The notes under the pieces are model-generated. The model searched no databases. It saw only the letters and a program-made list of their open reading frames with translations, and was not told where the DNA came from. A stretch of DNA of 64,000 nt from Hydrurus foetidus. Taxonomy: Eukaryota. The translations under genes were made by a program, and so were the position numbers. Location of the stretch: positions 1-64,000 of the forward strand of contig UYFQ01000247.1 of NCBI GenBank assembly GCA_900617105.1, read 5' to 3'. Shown piece by piece: positions 23,135-38,300 of this stretch (position 1 is its first letter; each line of letters opens with the position of its first letter).

Positions 23135-23269
23135 AGTGGAATTTTTTTGGGGTGTACAGCACGGATCGGTTGGGGAGTGGAATTTTTTTTCCCACTCCAT
23201 ACTAATCCTTCCTCCGAACCCCTCCCCACCCCCCAAATCCCACCCACGGGCCCCCAAAAAAATTCCACT
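23135..23269. repeat. Small element with 18-bp perfect terminal inverted repeats (MITE candidate)
   Basis: AGTGGAATTTTTTTGGGG (23135-23152) and its exact reverse complement CCCCAAAAAAATTCCACT (23252-23269). Confidence 0.55.
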
Positions 23270-23875
23270 AGATAGGGCCTAAGTATACTTATTTCAAACA
23301 AAACTGGCACCACGTGATGCCCCGTGAAAGATCAAGCAGATGATGCAGTGTGGTGAATAGCAGACGTGGAGAATGGAGCCCAGTCCGTTAACTTTACAAC
23401 ATTGTCAATTCGCGTCATTTCCATTTTTAATTTGAAGTATAAGAGATCAGATTGAGATCCGTTATTTTGTCTGGACACCGAAAGGCAGGAAAAATGGTGG
23501 ATGGCCACGCGATGTAACGGTTTTTAACCCTAACCGAAAATCAAAAGTACATACGTACTACGTACGCATGTACGTAGAAAAGAAAAGAAAGAAAAAGTGG
23601 ACCCGGCGGGACGACAAAAATAGAACGAAAGTTTTTGAGCACATGCATGTGTGCCACTTCGACTTTTGACTTCGATTCGATTGTGTTGTGTCATGGTTTA
23701 TGGCACCGAGCATAATTCCTCTCCTTTGAAACTAGGTGAGAGAGAGGATACAGCGCAACCCTGTGAAGCTTCTGAAACGTGGTCACCATCATTATCTTTT
23801 TAACAGCGCAAACTCGTTGCTGCTCCGATAACATATTCGCAACTATCACAGTCAGGAAGTGTGAATCATCTGGAA

Positions 23876-26800
23876 ATGTTCGGCTTTCTAAAAAAGGCCT
23901 TGGTCGGTGAGACGGAAGTAAAAGTTGAAGTCTCCTCCCCAGCTGTGCCAACAAGTGCTGCGAATGCAATAAATGTGACTGCATCTGCTGCTAGTGATCA
24001 AATCACCACTGATGATTCAGCAAAGCTCGTTAGTGACGATAGCATCAACAAGGACGCAGAGAAATCTGCCAATGTGACCTTATTCAGTTCGACTTTTCAG
24101 AATCTTCACATGCCATCCACGAAAAGTACAATTGGGAGAGATCCCCTGATCAAACTCACGGGAGATATATCCCTCGAAGATTCCATTCAGACCACAATGG
24201 AACAAACCGTAAAGAACTGCTCAAACAGTGAGGAGCTGCAGAAATTGCCACACACAAATGGAGATAACAAGCATTTAGAAATAATTGCCAACGCGACGTC
24301 AAACAGCCATGAGAAGCCATGCTCTACAAATGCTGAGAATACTTCTGCTACACTGACAGATGATCTAGAATCATCGATATCCGAAGTCAATAAAGCGCTT
24401 TCAAAAACCATACCAACAAGCACATGTGAAGGTCAGATACCCTCTACGACACATCAAGTAATGCATGGAGAGAAAGGAGAGAACAAATCAACAGAGAACG
24501 ATGCCACCTGGACATCTGTTTTCACGCCTCTTAAAAATCTTGAAATTGAGAAAAACCCTGACATGAAAACGCCAGAAGGACAAATTAAAGTGGGCTCCGA
24601 TATTGTTGCCATCAAATCCAGCAACAATACTGTGAGTTTGAGTCTGTCAACTGTAGTACAAGAAGAAGCTAAAAGTATCGTAGCTCACAGCACCCAATCT
24701 ACTGATACAATTGCACACTCTCCCATTCTTACAAAACCAATCCCTGAAGACATTAAAAGTGTCGAGAAGAGTGTGTTAGGAAGTACAACTGATTCTTTGA
24801 TACAGAAAGTAGCTGTTTCTGATACGAAAGCTACAGTGACTGAAACTGTCACCCCAACACCAATACCAACACCAACACCTAAATCTCCCTCTCTTGTAGA
24901 AGTCTCCGCAGTAAAAGAGATAGAGCATAATGTGAAGGATCTCACTGCGGAGGAAAGTAACAGTTCTAAACTTAAGAGTGTTGCGTTACTAGATGGTAAA
25001 GCGCCAGCGATTGTAGAAAAAAACATATTTGAGTCAGTCACTGAGATTAACAAATCAATCGGAATAAATACACATCAGCACACAGAGTACAATGAGACTG
25101 TAATTTTATCTGCTGTAGAGAGAGAAATAGAGGACCGTGTTCTGACCGAATCTGTCCAAGTGATGGAATCAGCTGTAACATCACATGTTGAGGAAGTGAA
25201 GGAGATGAGTGCAGGTGTGAGTAATGGGGTTATGAAAGAGAAAAGTGTAGGTGTGAATGATGAGGAAGTGAAGGAGATGAGTGTAGGTATGAATGATGTT
25301 TCCATCAGTACAACCGATCACATTCTCTCCGCCACTGCCACTGCCCATGTTCAAGATCTGACTGAAGATGCTGACGTTGCATCTACCAACACACATTCTA
25401 CCACCATCTCTGCTACCGCCACACCTCTTACACTCCAAGTGAATCACGTTGTGCACACGATTGAAAGTGATGAGTCACCTGTCATCGTATCTCCCATTAT
25501 CCCAATAGGAAACGATATCGTGGCACCCGTCCTCTCATCTGACCGCACTGTCTCCACAATTCAGGATGATATCGTTACACCTGTTATTGCACCACCTGCT
25601 CTATCATCTAATCATGTTATCTACACAATAGAAGATGACGATGTGGCACCAATTCCTCTGCCTTCCATCATCCCATCAGAACGTGTTGTATACACTATAG
25701 AAGATAGTGATGACGAGGTAACTGTCCTACCAAATGCGTCCGTGATACAGCCTGGAGTACAATCTGTATTCTTACCAAGAAGGAATGACGTGCCAGCCGG
25801 GCTAGAGAATTGGAAATCATGCCTCAATGAATTGGATGAACTTGAGGTAATGGCGAGGAGTGCAAGGGAGAAAAGAGAAGCAGAAGGGGATGACGAAAGT
25901 GTCGACATGAATGAACAGGAAGAGAGTCAACAATACGTAGTGGATGAAAATGATGATGAGGAGGAGGAAGAGGATGATGAGGATTATGATATTAACGCAG
26001 ATGAGGAGATTGATCAGTCAGCGCCAAGAGGACACTTTATCGGCCAGTCTTCCCTAGAGGATGAAGAAGCAGCAGGTGTTTATCTGAGCGAAGATGAAGA
26101 GGAGACTAATGTCCACTCTAACGGTGACAACGCATACACATACGAAGAGATGGAAGAAGAAGTAAATGTCGGACAGAAAGACAACACTTCCACCTCCTCC
26201 TATTCCAATGTCGGAATTGAGCGCGATCACAGCTCGGGAGTCGAACCCATTCCTCCCCCTATTTTTGATTCCAACATTGCGGCCCAAGGTCCACACCAGC
26301 CCTTTGTGCCGGGTGCGTCTGACAAGCTGCCAATCGATGCTTACAGAGAAGTTATCTTGGAGAGAATAAAGGTGCGTACGTCTGTCTGTCTTTTTCTGTT
26401 TCTCTAACTATATGTCAATGAGTTTCTATTTGCTCGCGAACACATTTTACAAAAACTCACTCGATGAATCATTATAATTACACCAAATCCGTTTACTAGT
26501 TTTCAGCTAATTAATTTATGTAACACCATTTCTCGACCCGCACTACAACTCTGTACCACTCTGATTCACACAATCCTCCCGCCCCCTCCTCCCCTCTTCT
26601 TTCCTCTCTTTGCCCCCTATCTCCTCTCTCCTCCCTCCCCTCTCTCCCCTCTCTTTTACCTCCGATAAAACGCACAGAGAGACCGAGTGACTATCATCCA
26701 TGGCGAGACGGGATGTGGCAAGTCTTCAAGACTTCCAGTCATCCTCTTAGAGGATGCTGAGTCGAGAGGCGCTGTGTGCCGTATGATGGTAAGTGTTCCT

Positions 26801-29800
26801 GACCAATTTTCCTTCCCTTCATCTCTTCCTTTCTTTGCTGTAATCTGCTCTGCTCTAATTTGCATGCTAATTTGCAAGCTACCTTTAGCTGTGTCTGTCT
26901 CACTACATCTTTATCTATACTTCTATCTCAGCACTGTTGCCATTCATTACATATTTCTAAATAATTCTTACTCCTTTTCTACGTTACTGGAAACCTATTT
27001 CCACCATCACTAATTACTCTCTCGCTGACGTCACTAAATCAGGTTTCTCAACCCAGACGCATAGCAGCAAGCAGTCTGATGAAGAGAGTACGTGCCAGTG
27101 TGGGGGATAAAGTGGGTATGAGAATGGGACATGGAGTGAGAGATGAATTTGACGGCACTTGCATTCACTTCGTAACAACTGGTTACTTGGTGAGACTGGT
27201 GGCACATCATCCGGAGACCTTTGAAGATCACACTCACCTTATCATCGACGAGGTGCACGAGAGATCAGTGGATGGTGACCTGCTGTGTCTTCTTGCTAGA
27301 CGGCTGTTGTCTAGTTTTCCTTCTCTACGCCTTGTCTTGATGAGTGCTACGGTGCATACTGCGTTGTACAAGAATTACTTCGCACGTGAATTGGAGTACT
27401 ACGGTGAGATGGAGTGCCTGTCAGTCGGAGCACATCGCTACCCCCTCGACATCAACTATCTAGAGGACTTATACTCCCCAAAAAAAGGCTTCCCCTCGAT
27501 GATCGCTAGTGTTGCTCGTAACTTAGCGGACAGAACATCTCAAATCGGATCGAAATCAAAAGATGACGTACCACAAAGTGTACCCAAGGAACAGTACAAT
27601 CTAGTTGTGTCAATCATCAAGGCTATCGGTGTTGAAGGAACGGGTATCTTAGTGTTCGTGAGTGGTATAGCTGATATCACCGAATTAACGGAAAGGTTTG
27701 AGGGCATGAGTAAGTACAAGTTATACGCCATCCACTCTGATCTTCCTTTCGAAGAGCAAGAAGCTGCCTTCACCCCAGCTGCTTACAACGAAATAAAGGT
27801 GATCACGAATACTCTGAATTATTTGATTTTTACTGCACTGCACATCTTCATTGTCCCTTATTAATCCATATTGACTAATGTATTGTGTGGATTTGACAAA
27901 TCACACGGGATTGTTCCTAATGACGCCAATGAATTGAATAAATGGTTTGAAATAATGAGTTTTCAATGCAGAGGGAATACTGAATTGGTTAGATCGCTAA
28001 TTTTAATAGAACTTCACTAATCCTTATCATTATTTTTTTGTTGTATGTTACGAAGTTGAATACAGAGTAACTAGTTGAAGTGCACTTAGTCCAACATGGT
28101 ACACCCCACTGTCCCTCCTTTTATAAATTAATGCCACACTATATTAGGTGGTAGTCGCGACCAACGCTGCGGAGAGTTCAATCACACTCCCTGATGTAGA
28201 CACAGTCATTTGTCTCGGCACGCATAAGGCTCTGCGCTACGATCAAGCATCTCACAAAGTGCAACTAGTAAACACATGGATCTCTAAAGCGTCATCTACT
28301 CAAAGAGCCGGACGTACGGGAAGGGTCCGGCCAGGGCGGGTGTTTCGGTTATATTCCCGCCAATTGTTTGCGGGGATGCAGGAGCATGAGGAATCCGAAG
28401 TTCATAGAACGCCTCTTCAAGATGTGATCCTAGGTGAGGAAGTCAACACGCACACGAACTCGAATATTACATATCTAATTTTATCTGTTGCAATCTCCCG
28501 TGTGTATGTGTTAACCTTCCACATCATACGCATACGCTCGAACGAGTATACACACCCGACCTCCCGCAGCAACGCACACACACTCTCACACAAGTTCAGA
28601 CACACTAACATAAATATGATCAAATAATCTTTGTGTAGTACCCGTCCTCCCATCCCACCTATTTCATCTGTCACATCATCATAAGACTACCACAAGCATT
28701 ATTACCAACAAAACAAAACTCACCTCTCACTCCACCACACAAACTCGAACACCAACACTAACAGGACTACGTAGCATGCTCGAAGCATCTGTAGGCTTCT
28801 CAGGAGTAGTCCCTATCCTAGAAGATCTTTTAGAGCCTCCTAACATGAAGAACGTAAGCAAGAGTTTCGACTATCTGCACTATGCGGGAATGATCACAGT
28901 GCCGGCTGATGAAGGGGCCTTGACCAGTATTGGCCGATTGGCCGGAAACCTTCCGGTTGACTTGCAGCTAGGACGTCTGATTGCGTATGGTGTTGCCTTA
29001 GGTGAGAGTTTGTATGTGCAGACGCACTTCATGTGTATCTATTGTTTTGAAAGCGTACGTACTTTCTATTGGCATCATCTTCGAAACTCAGTCCTCCACT
29101 ACTCCTCCACTCCACCTCTCTCCATTCTCACCCCCGTTTCCTCCCCTTCTTCCCATCCCTCTCCACTTTTCTTCCCTCCACCCCTATCCATTAGTCCTTT
29201 CCCATTCTCATCCCCCTACGTCTCTCTTCGCCCTTCATCCTCCTCTACCCCTAGTCCTTCTCATCCCCTCCCCCCTCCCATCACTCGCCATTCCGCACCT
29301 CTCCTCTCCCAGGTGTTCCTCTCGAAGCGACCATCATGGCGGCCGCTCTGTCCCAACCCAAGAGTCCCTTTAGAATCGCATCCGCCATGATACACTCAGA
29401 TCCAGATGAATACAACTCGTAAGTACGCAGTAACGTACACTATTACATGGGTGTAACACTTCATACAGATTAATGATGATATTTGTAGGACAGATCAAGC
29501 ACTTTTAATGACGAATGAATATATGGAGTGTGTAGTTACACGTACGTGTGATCTTCTGATTGATCGTATCGTGTGGTCGAGGTGTACTACAGCACCTTTT
29601 ACTTCCTTGATTCCTATCCCATTTTCCTCACTCAAACTCTTGTATTACAGCTATTCTTTTTTCAACACTCTGCTACAATCCATTATCCCATTTCTCTCAT
29701 CACTTCTCTCCATCCCATTCCTCTTACAACTTCTGTCATATCCTCCAATTTCTGTTCCTCACAATCCTCCTCTTTACACTTCAGGATCGTTCAACAAACC

Positions 29801-30365
29801 GTCATAGGCGCTGCTCTCATAGACGGAGGTGTCTACTCGGAACCCATCATGTATCTGAAGATGATTCTGGGATGGCACGCTACGTCCTCCATGGAGCAAG
29901 AGGAGTGGGCATCGAGACACGGCATCATCAGGTGCGTACTTACTTTGTCTGTCTCTCTGTTTCTGTTCATACATAAATATTACTTGTTTGTCATTGTGTG
30001 TGTAGGGCGTATGTCTGTCCATTGTCTGTCCGTTGTATTTCTATCATATACTGCGATGTTAATGCCATCATTATTTCATCTTCCTGCCATGCGATGGAAG
30101 GCCTAGATCAGACCTTTTTCTCACTCTAAAACCACCGTAAATCTGTATCCTAACCTCCTCATGACATCCCTCCTTCTCAACATTTGTTACCCGCCGTGTC
30201 CTGTCCTCTCCGCTCCTTAACTTCCGTCTCCTTGATTTTATGAATACGCCGCTCTCTTTGATAGCTTCCCAGTTCCTCTTATCACTTCTCCTCCTTCCTT
30301 CTGTATCTCTTTCTCTTATTTTTTCCCATTTATCACTTTGACCTCCTTTCTTCCTTCCTCCCTCC

Positions 30366-30422
<57 letters not shown>

Positions 30423-33400
30423 TCCCTTTCTTTCTTTCTTTCTTCCTCCCTTCCTTTCTTCCTTCCTCCCTTCCTTCCTTCCTTTCTTTCCTCTTTATTT
30501 TTGACTGTTTTTTTCTTTCAAGATCTCGCTTGCGTCAGTTGGATTCCACCGCAGTGCATTTAATTCAAAAAGTGAAAGACGGTCTGAGAAGATCTCAAAA
30601 CCAATGTAAGTGCGTACGTTACATCATACGCACTGCAACACATTGACACCAAAATTGTGCATCGAGATAGAAATTTCACACTTCCTTTTCTCGACCACTC
30701 TTTCACCTTATGTACATACCTACATATACACGTACATTCACACGTACATACATACACACACACACACATTCCATGTATGTAAAATCCCTAACTCTTTCTC
30801 AACATACTCCTTACATACACTCACTCACACACACTCACATCATATTTCCGAACAGCGTACGGCAGATCAGACGAAGAGAACGACATGGGTCTGCTAGCTG
30901 AGAAATACAAATTCGGAATACCAGCAGAAGTAAGTACGTGTGTGCGCACGTACGTACGTACAAGTGTGCAGGACTGAGCCACATGTCCAAGTCACTGGCA
31001 TATGTCAACATCGCCATTATCTCCATTATTCAAATAATGATCTAAAATACGACATCAATGATCACATCCGACTCAATTCTAGTTGCACAAACTAGCTGAT
31101 CTAACAATTCCCAATTGCCATTCTTACGCTTCTCTTCATTAGAAACTCAATATCTTACGATTGATACTGACGTGGACGAGTGAAGGCAACGTCATCAAAC
31201 AAAAGAAGAAGGGCTCCACCCCATCTACCGATTGCTACACGGTTACGTTAGGAGAGGAGCTGAGTGCGGCACATGTGGCTCCCCTCTTCCCTCCGTCAGG
31301 TACGTGCTATTTAGAGTGGTGTGGTGTTTTACAATGGACGCACATTGAATTACGTAAAAGCTTTTCAATTGGCGGAGGATGTCTACTAAACCAAAATCTC
31401 TCTCCTCTCGTCTGCACCCTCTCTCCTCCTATCTCACTTTGTCATCATTCCCTCCACCTCTTCTCTCCCCTCCTCCCTCTCCCTTCCTCTCTTCTCTACG
31501 CCCTCCCTCTCTCAATCTCACCATCACCACCACCTCATCTTCTCGTCTTCCTCTCTCTTTCCTCCCAGTACCTTGGGCCTTAGAAACCAGAGGCAGGAGA
31601 ATCTATGACGCACGATTCTCACCAGCCAGAGAAAACGGATCAGGGAGAAGTCTGCTGCTGTGTAAGTGCTGTCCGAGTGAATACTAGTGATTCTGATGAA
31701 TGCTATTCCTTATTTGCACCCTCTCATTCTCATTTGCTTTCCTGTCCTTCTTCAACTCTAAATTTTACTATTACTCCACGTCCATTTGTGCAATCCTCCA
31801 TCCTCTTCTCCTACCTATCTCCTCTTCCCATCACATCTCTCATGTCATTCTCCTTGTCGTCTCTCCTTCTTTTTTCCCTCTCTCTCTCATCCCTTCTCAT
31901 CCTGCTTCTCCACTTCCCTCCTGATAACAGCCCTAGCTTCTGTGGGTGATATCCACGGAGCATCAGCCGTGTGGATGGTGCAGCAACCAGCCGGTAAGTA
32001 CGCTACACAGTGCGTACGGACGGATGTACATACACACTTATACATCACACTGTCCATATTTATAACGTGTATCGCAAAGGATAAATTGAAAATTGGTATT
32101 ATTTGTTGATTGTTCAGTATACTTTATTTGTAGGAGTCTTGTACTATATAAAGTTCATCATGTTGTCCATCCGACTGTAATTGCCTTCAGCTCTATCTGA
32201 CCATACAATCTCTTCACCTTCTGCCTTTTTATTTCTTTAACTTTACACCAAAGGCGCTGTTGCAAGCAAAAAACAAGTGAATAAAAAGAAGGGTAAAGTA
32301 GACACTGAAAATGATAGTGACAACGAGTATGGCGAAGTGCCAGGCGACACCCCAGGCACCTTTATCACAATTGCTATTCAAGCGACACCAGGACAGCCTC
32401 CCCTAGCTGTCCCCGCGAAATCCAAGAAAAATAAAGGTATGAAAATATTCGTGCTGATTAGTTGATGAGTCATTTATTTTGCTGCTAATTCAGTCAGATT
32501 CGCTGGGAAGTAATCTTTCTTTTACTGATCTCCCTTAGTCTCCAATAAGATGTCATGCGTTACCGAACACAAGATATGGCATAACATGACTTGTGGCATG
32601 ATCCAACAGAGCTAAGATATTATACTCTTCCACCTTCCATCCTCCCACCCCTCCCCACCCTCCTTTTTCTCCATTAGACCGTCTTTCTTTCCTCTCTCAC
32701 CCTCTTTCCCTTACTATACTTCCCTACCTCTCTCCCTCTTTACACCTCACTATACCTCTCTCCCTCTCCTGACACCCCCCTTTCAAATCAATTAGGCGGC
32801 GCCAATAATCAGCAACCCGTCCCAACCGGCCCCCTCGCTATTCTTAAAGCCAATATCCGTAATAATCGGCTGGAATATGACGGAAGGTCGTCCATTATCG
32901 TGAGAAATAACGGTGTTCCGGATTTTAACAGAGGACCTCAGGTAATTCTAGCAATGAAATGTCATTGTCTTTTTTAATTATGCAGTGCAATACCGTCATT
33001 ATAGTTCAGTCAGTAGGAGTGTAGAGTCTAATGATGTAAGGTGCATTTGAAGAGAGATAGTGAAAGGGAGAAGAGAAAAAAGAAAAAAAGAGTGTGTGTA
33101 GTAGAACAGGGTAGAAATGAAAAAAACGTAATCAAATTAAATTAAATCAAATCAAATTAAATTAAATTAAATTGAAGAGAGCAACGAATGAGCTCCGCAT
33201 CATTGTCACTTCTCCCTCTCCAACCTATCCACGTGAACTCATTAAACTGTTCTATATTCTATTTCTTTCACAGCCCTCTTTCCTCTCCTCTCTTTGAGCC
33301 ATTAGACGATACTCTATCACAATCCCCATTCCCATTTCTTTTTCTCCCTCCCCTTGCTTCATCTCTTCAACTCATCCCATGCAAGCTAATTCGACCATAT

Positions 33401-35263
33401 TTTATTCTATCCTTCTCCCAGCCCCCTCTCCCCCCCCGTCCCCCTCTTCTACTCATTTGATGCTATAATCTATCCTATCGCTCCCGGCCCCTCCCTTTCC
33501 TCCCTTCACTTCCCTCTCTTATTTCTCTTCAACTCAATCACCTTCAACTGATTCAAGCACTGTCTATTTTTTCATACTCGCAGCCCCCATTCCATTCCTC
33601 CATTCCCCCCCCCCCCCCCCTACTCTCTCTCTTTCACTCATTGAACATTATTTTATTATTTCACTTACAGCCCCCTACCATAGAGAAAGTCATCGACCTT
33701 TACAGAATACTAAATCCAAGTAACAGCGAAATGAAAATCCTTAAAAAACTACATGACACACTTCCGGTATCAATCTCCCTGCTAATTCCGGCCAGTGGTA
33801 GCCCGAAGGTCACAGCATCGAATTGTGTACTTGCCAAACCTGAGTTGAGGTATATTTTTTTCAATAATGAGGATGCGGTGGATCGAGTTGAAGATTACAA
33901 TCAGAAGTATGGAGGAGGTACGTACGTGCGCAGTATGGAACTCGAAAATGATTGTTATTATTTTCCCCTCAACTTTTTTACCCTGACTTCCCCCCTACAT
34001 TTCTTCATATCACTTTTTTTAATCTCATTATCTATCTAATCTTCACATTCACCTCATCTCTTTCTTCACTCCACAATTCTATTTCATCCTCCCTCCCTTC
34101 ACTCACCATTCATTCAGGTGTCCCAGCCGAGAGAGGTCCCCATCACATTGCGGAGAAAATAGTCGCATCGAAGCAACAGCTCGTGTTTCCCAACCCTGCA
34201 CTACCACTCGTTGCTCCTTCCGATCTCATCCTTTCTCCACACGGACTAAACGAAGTACGTCATTATTTTGATGCCAAGATTATGAGACTATAACAATAGA
34301 ATATAATGTCAGATTTAGAGTCAGAAAATAGAGAGGTTTGGTCACTGTTTATGTAACTACTGTTTTTGCATTTTGGATTTGTGTGCATTCTAAGACATAA
34401 TTATTGTTTTAGTGTTTAGAAGTCGAGAAGCTCTGGTAGTGGCGATGATGTTGATGATCTGGATTGCTGATATTTATGTGACGACACTGTAGTATTTACG
34501 ACTCATTCAAGACCCTTGTTGATCAGTCAGATAATCGCTGTCACCCTTTGAAACGTCTTCATATCTACCAACTGATGACAACAGCAACACACATCATAAC
34601 ATACAACACACAACACAACACACTGCAGCGAACGAATAAAACCAGTACGGACAAGTCCCTCATTTTGGACGTCCCTATGGGGATGAGACTTCTCAACTCT
34701 TACAGGCTCGGATACAAGGACAGGTATGAACAGGGTTGTCGCTGTTCTTAACCTTATCAAAGGAGAGTAGGGCTACTTTTTGGCGCATCGTATGTTTGGT
34801 TTGTTACTTTGATTCGTAGATGAGTATGCCTCTTTCATCCTCCTATCATTCCCCTCTCCTAATCCACTGCTGTCAATACCATGGCCTGTAAGACCTGGAA
34901 GGCTTCTGTATAGAACACTGTTGAACTGTTATTCTGATTAGTGGATAAGCATACTCGCCCTAACCGATTTGTGATCATTTTCAGCCCATGCCACTTCCAG
35001 TAAGATTCTCTTAACCGTCTTTTTCACCCTATCTACCATGCAGTCTATGTCTTTCTGATAATCCCTAATTCTTTCAAGTCATTTTCTATTCCTCTACAAA
35101 TCGATAGAGTTCATCTCCTCCCCTCTTTCTGTCTTTTCTCCATGCCATTTCCCTACTTTTTCTCTCCACTACACTCTCCTAGCTTCTCTGATTTACCCGC
35201 CTAAACATGTATATACACACACTTACACGCCCTCTTCCCCCATCCCAGACGCTTGCACACACA

Positions 35264-35329
<66 letters not shown>

Positions 35330-35330
35330 G

Positions 35331-35375
<45 letters not shown>

Positions 35376-38300
35376 TTGCACATATACGCTCTCTCACACA
35401 CACTCTCCCACACATCTATAGAATAATGCGTCTATGGCGCAATCCAACTTCAAGTCGCGGCTTCGGCAATGATCGATTCAAGACGGGTGTGATGAGACGA
35501 AACCCGGGACAGGACTATTTCTCGAGAGAGAAGGACCTTGGACTTGCCCCTGGGATCCCGGGCCCGCCCGGCCTGGCCCCGCCCCCTTCTATGATTCCTA
35601 TGATGAGTCACAAGGCACCACCAGGTAGAGTGTCTTACGTATGTGTTTGTGTGTGTGTACGAAAGTGTTGTTCTGATGTGCCTGATTTTATTCTGTTATC
35701 TCACAGCGCCGTATATTTCCCTTCTACTTCCTTTTCTCACTCCACTTTTCCTCCTTTGTTCATTTTTTCTTTCTATCTCTCCGTTTTTCAATGTTTCTTT
35801 CCTCCTCCTTCCTCTTATCAATCTTGCTAATCGCTACCTTCCAGTTAATAACTCATCCCTCACTCCCATTTTCACTGTTCCTATTTCCTATTAAACTCAA
35901 GTGGACGACAAGATCCTCTTAGGAATGCAGAACCTCTCCTTCGCATGGTACTGCATACCAACCCTTGGGGGATCAACCGGAGGTGCGTACTGTACACGCA
36001 CGTACAGACTCCTATCCCTTACCATTCATTTTCATCAAATCATTTATCGACAGTCTTGCTTAGCCGCATGAAGGTGACATCTTATTAAATCAGTTTCTCT
36101 CTCATCTCACCCTATCCTATTTCATTCCATTTCATCTCTCACCCCATTCTACTCCACCCCACCCCACCCGATATCATCTTTCCTGTAGTGAACAGAGGAT
36201 CAGATCCTCAGCGCAAACCACAGCAGCCCCCCAAAGCCCTTCTACCCCGTCAGTCCCTCTCGGCCGTGGCCACACACTGCGGCAAAGGTGGGTGCGCTCT
36301 CAGTCCAACAATATCTACCTCTTCTTCTTGTTATTTCTTATGTTTCCATGCTTCTTCTTCATCTCTTCCTTTTCTTCTCTTTCTTCTTCTTCTACTTCTT
36401 TTTCTTCATCTCCTTTTTTACTTACTTCTTCTTCCTCCCTGTCTTTATCTTCTTCTTGTTTTGCCTTGCCTCGCTCTCGAATCTAACACCAGTTATTCGC
36501 TTCCTCCCCCCCTCTTCCCTACCGCCTCCTCCCCTCTTCTCACTTAGGTACCCTATACGGCGTAGCACACAGCACCATGGCTATCGGTGCTGGTGGAGGC
36601 ATAGTGGGGTGCGAGGGAGTCACCCTTCTCCCCCCTGGGTCTCGATGGCTCACTCTTGCACTGCAGTGCTTGCAAGTCGACACGAGAGACATCGACCAGG
36701 ATTTCGATGAAGACCACCTCTTAAGCGGGAGAAACAAATCGTAAGACTGACCTAGCACCTTCCACTACCTTACATAGAATTGTTTTCTCTCTCCCCTAAC
36801 ATGTCTAACTTTTTTACTCTTCTTTTTCGGTTTAAACTTTATTTTACATACCCAACTTACTTCCTCTTCTTCCTTCGTTTCTTATTTTTATTTTTATTTT
36901 TATTTCACTTTTTATTTTTTCATTTCTCCAGTGTCAAGGGAGGATCTAATTCGAACAACAATCTCAACGGCACTGATGGTAACGTGCTAGCCGTTGTGGA
37001 CTATCCCGTAACAGAAGGTAATCAACCGTATTATGCCGTGTATTTTACAACACTATACGGCGACATTTCCGCCAATTTCATCCTATTTCTTTCTTTTCGT
37101 TATCATCAGAGGATTTTGAGTTGTGCGATGTTGCTGCTAGTCTGGTGAGAGACTTGCCATCACTACCTGTGCAAACACATCCAGCTCTGATAGCAACCGT
37201 TACACATCTCTTCCGAGAGTGGTTGCCCGACTATAACGGAGGTGGTCGTACCAATAACCAACCATTCAATAACAACTCAAACAATGGTAATGCCAACAAA
37301 AACAATAACGGTAATAATACCAATAGTAACGGAAAGAAAGGTAATAAGAAGGACGAGAAAAAGGTAGAGAAGAAATCGTTCCTTGCAGCAAGACGTGAAA
37401 TTGAAAGTAAAGTTGAATACGAAGTCAGCGATGATGATGATGATGATGATGACTGCAACAATTACAGCAGTGGAATATTTCAACAAAAACACATCAACTC
37501 CTCAAAGGCGAATCCTTATACTGATCCCAGACTGCAACGCATACCTGCGCCAGTATCAACTACTTTTTCAAGAGAGGATAAAATGCCAACAAAAATGGGT
37601 GCACAGCCGCAAACTAGTACCAACGGATCTTCCGGATATACGTATAGCATACCCGGAGTTGACGGCAGAGGAGGAAGGGATGAAGGAAGAGGAGGGAGAG
37701 ATGAAGGAAGAGGAGGGAGAGATGGAGGAAGGGATGAAGGAAGAGGAAGGGAGGAGAAGAGGAGGGAAGAGGAGGAAGGGATGAAGGAAGAGGAGGAAGG
37801 GATGAAGGAAGAGGAGGAAGGGATGAAGGAAGAGGAGGAAGAGATGGAGGAAGGATGAAGGAAGAGGAGGAAGGAAGGAAGAAAGGAAAAAAGGAAGAAG
37901 AATAGGGAATGACAGAGAGGGAGGAATGGAAGGAGAGGAGATGGAAGGGAAGGGAGGGAAGGGAAGGGAAGGGATGGATGGAGGGGGGGAGGGAGAGGAA
38001 GGAAGAGGAGGAAGGGGAGGGGGACAACAGGAAAGGAATGGAAGGGAGTGGAGGGAGGGAAGACCAAGGAGGAAGGGGACCGGCAGGTAGAGGGGTGGAA
38101 GAGATGGAAGGCAGAGACAGGAACGGAGGAAGGATAGGGGTGGAAGATGAAAATCAGGGGGGTGGTGGAACAAAGGAATAAAGGAGGTTGGACCTAGATG
38201 TCCCAAAACTTAGTAGAGGGGTGGAAAGATAAGATGATGGTGGAGGAGGACTGGAGAGGGAATTTGCTGATGGTGATTGAAGACCAGTCGGAATTTGTTC

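Noticed and set aside
23522..23535. TAACCCTAACC as a telomeric repeat or telo-box
   Set aside because: Fewer than two full units; too short to support.
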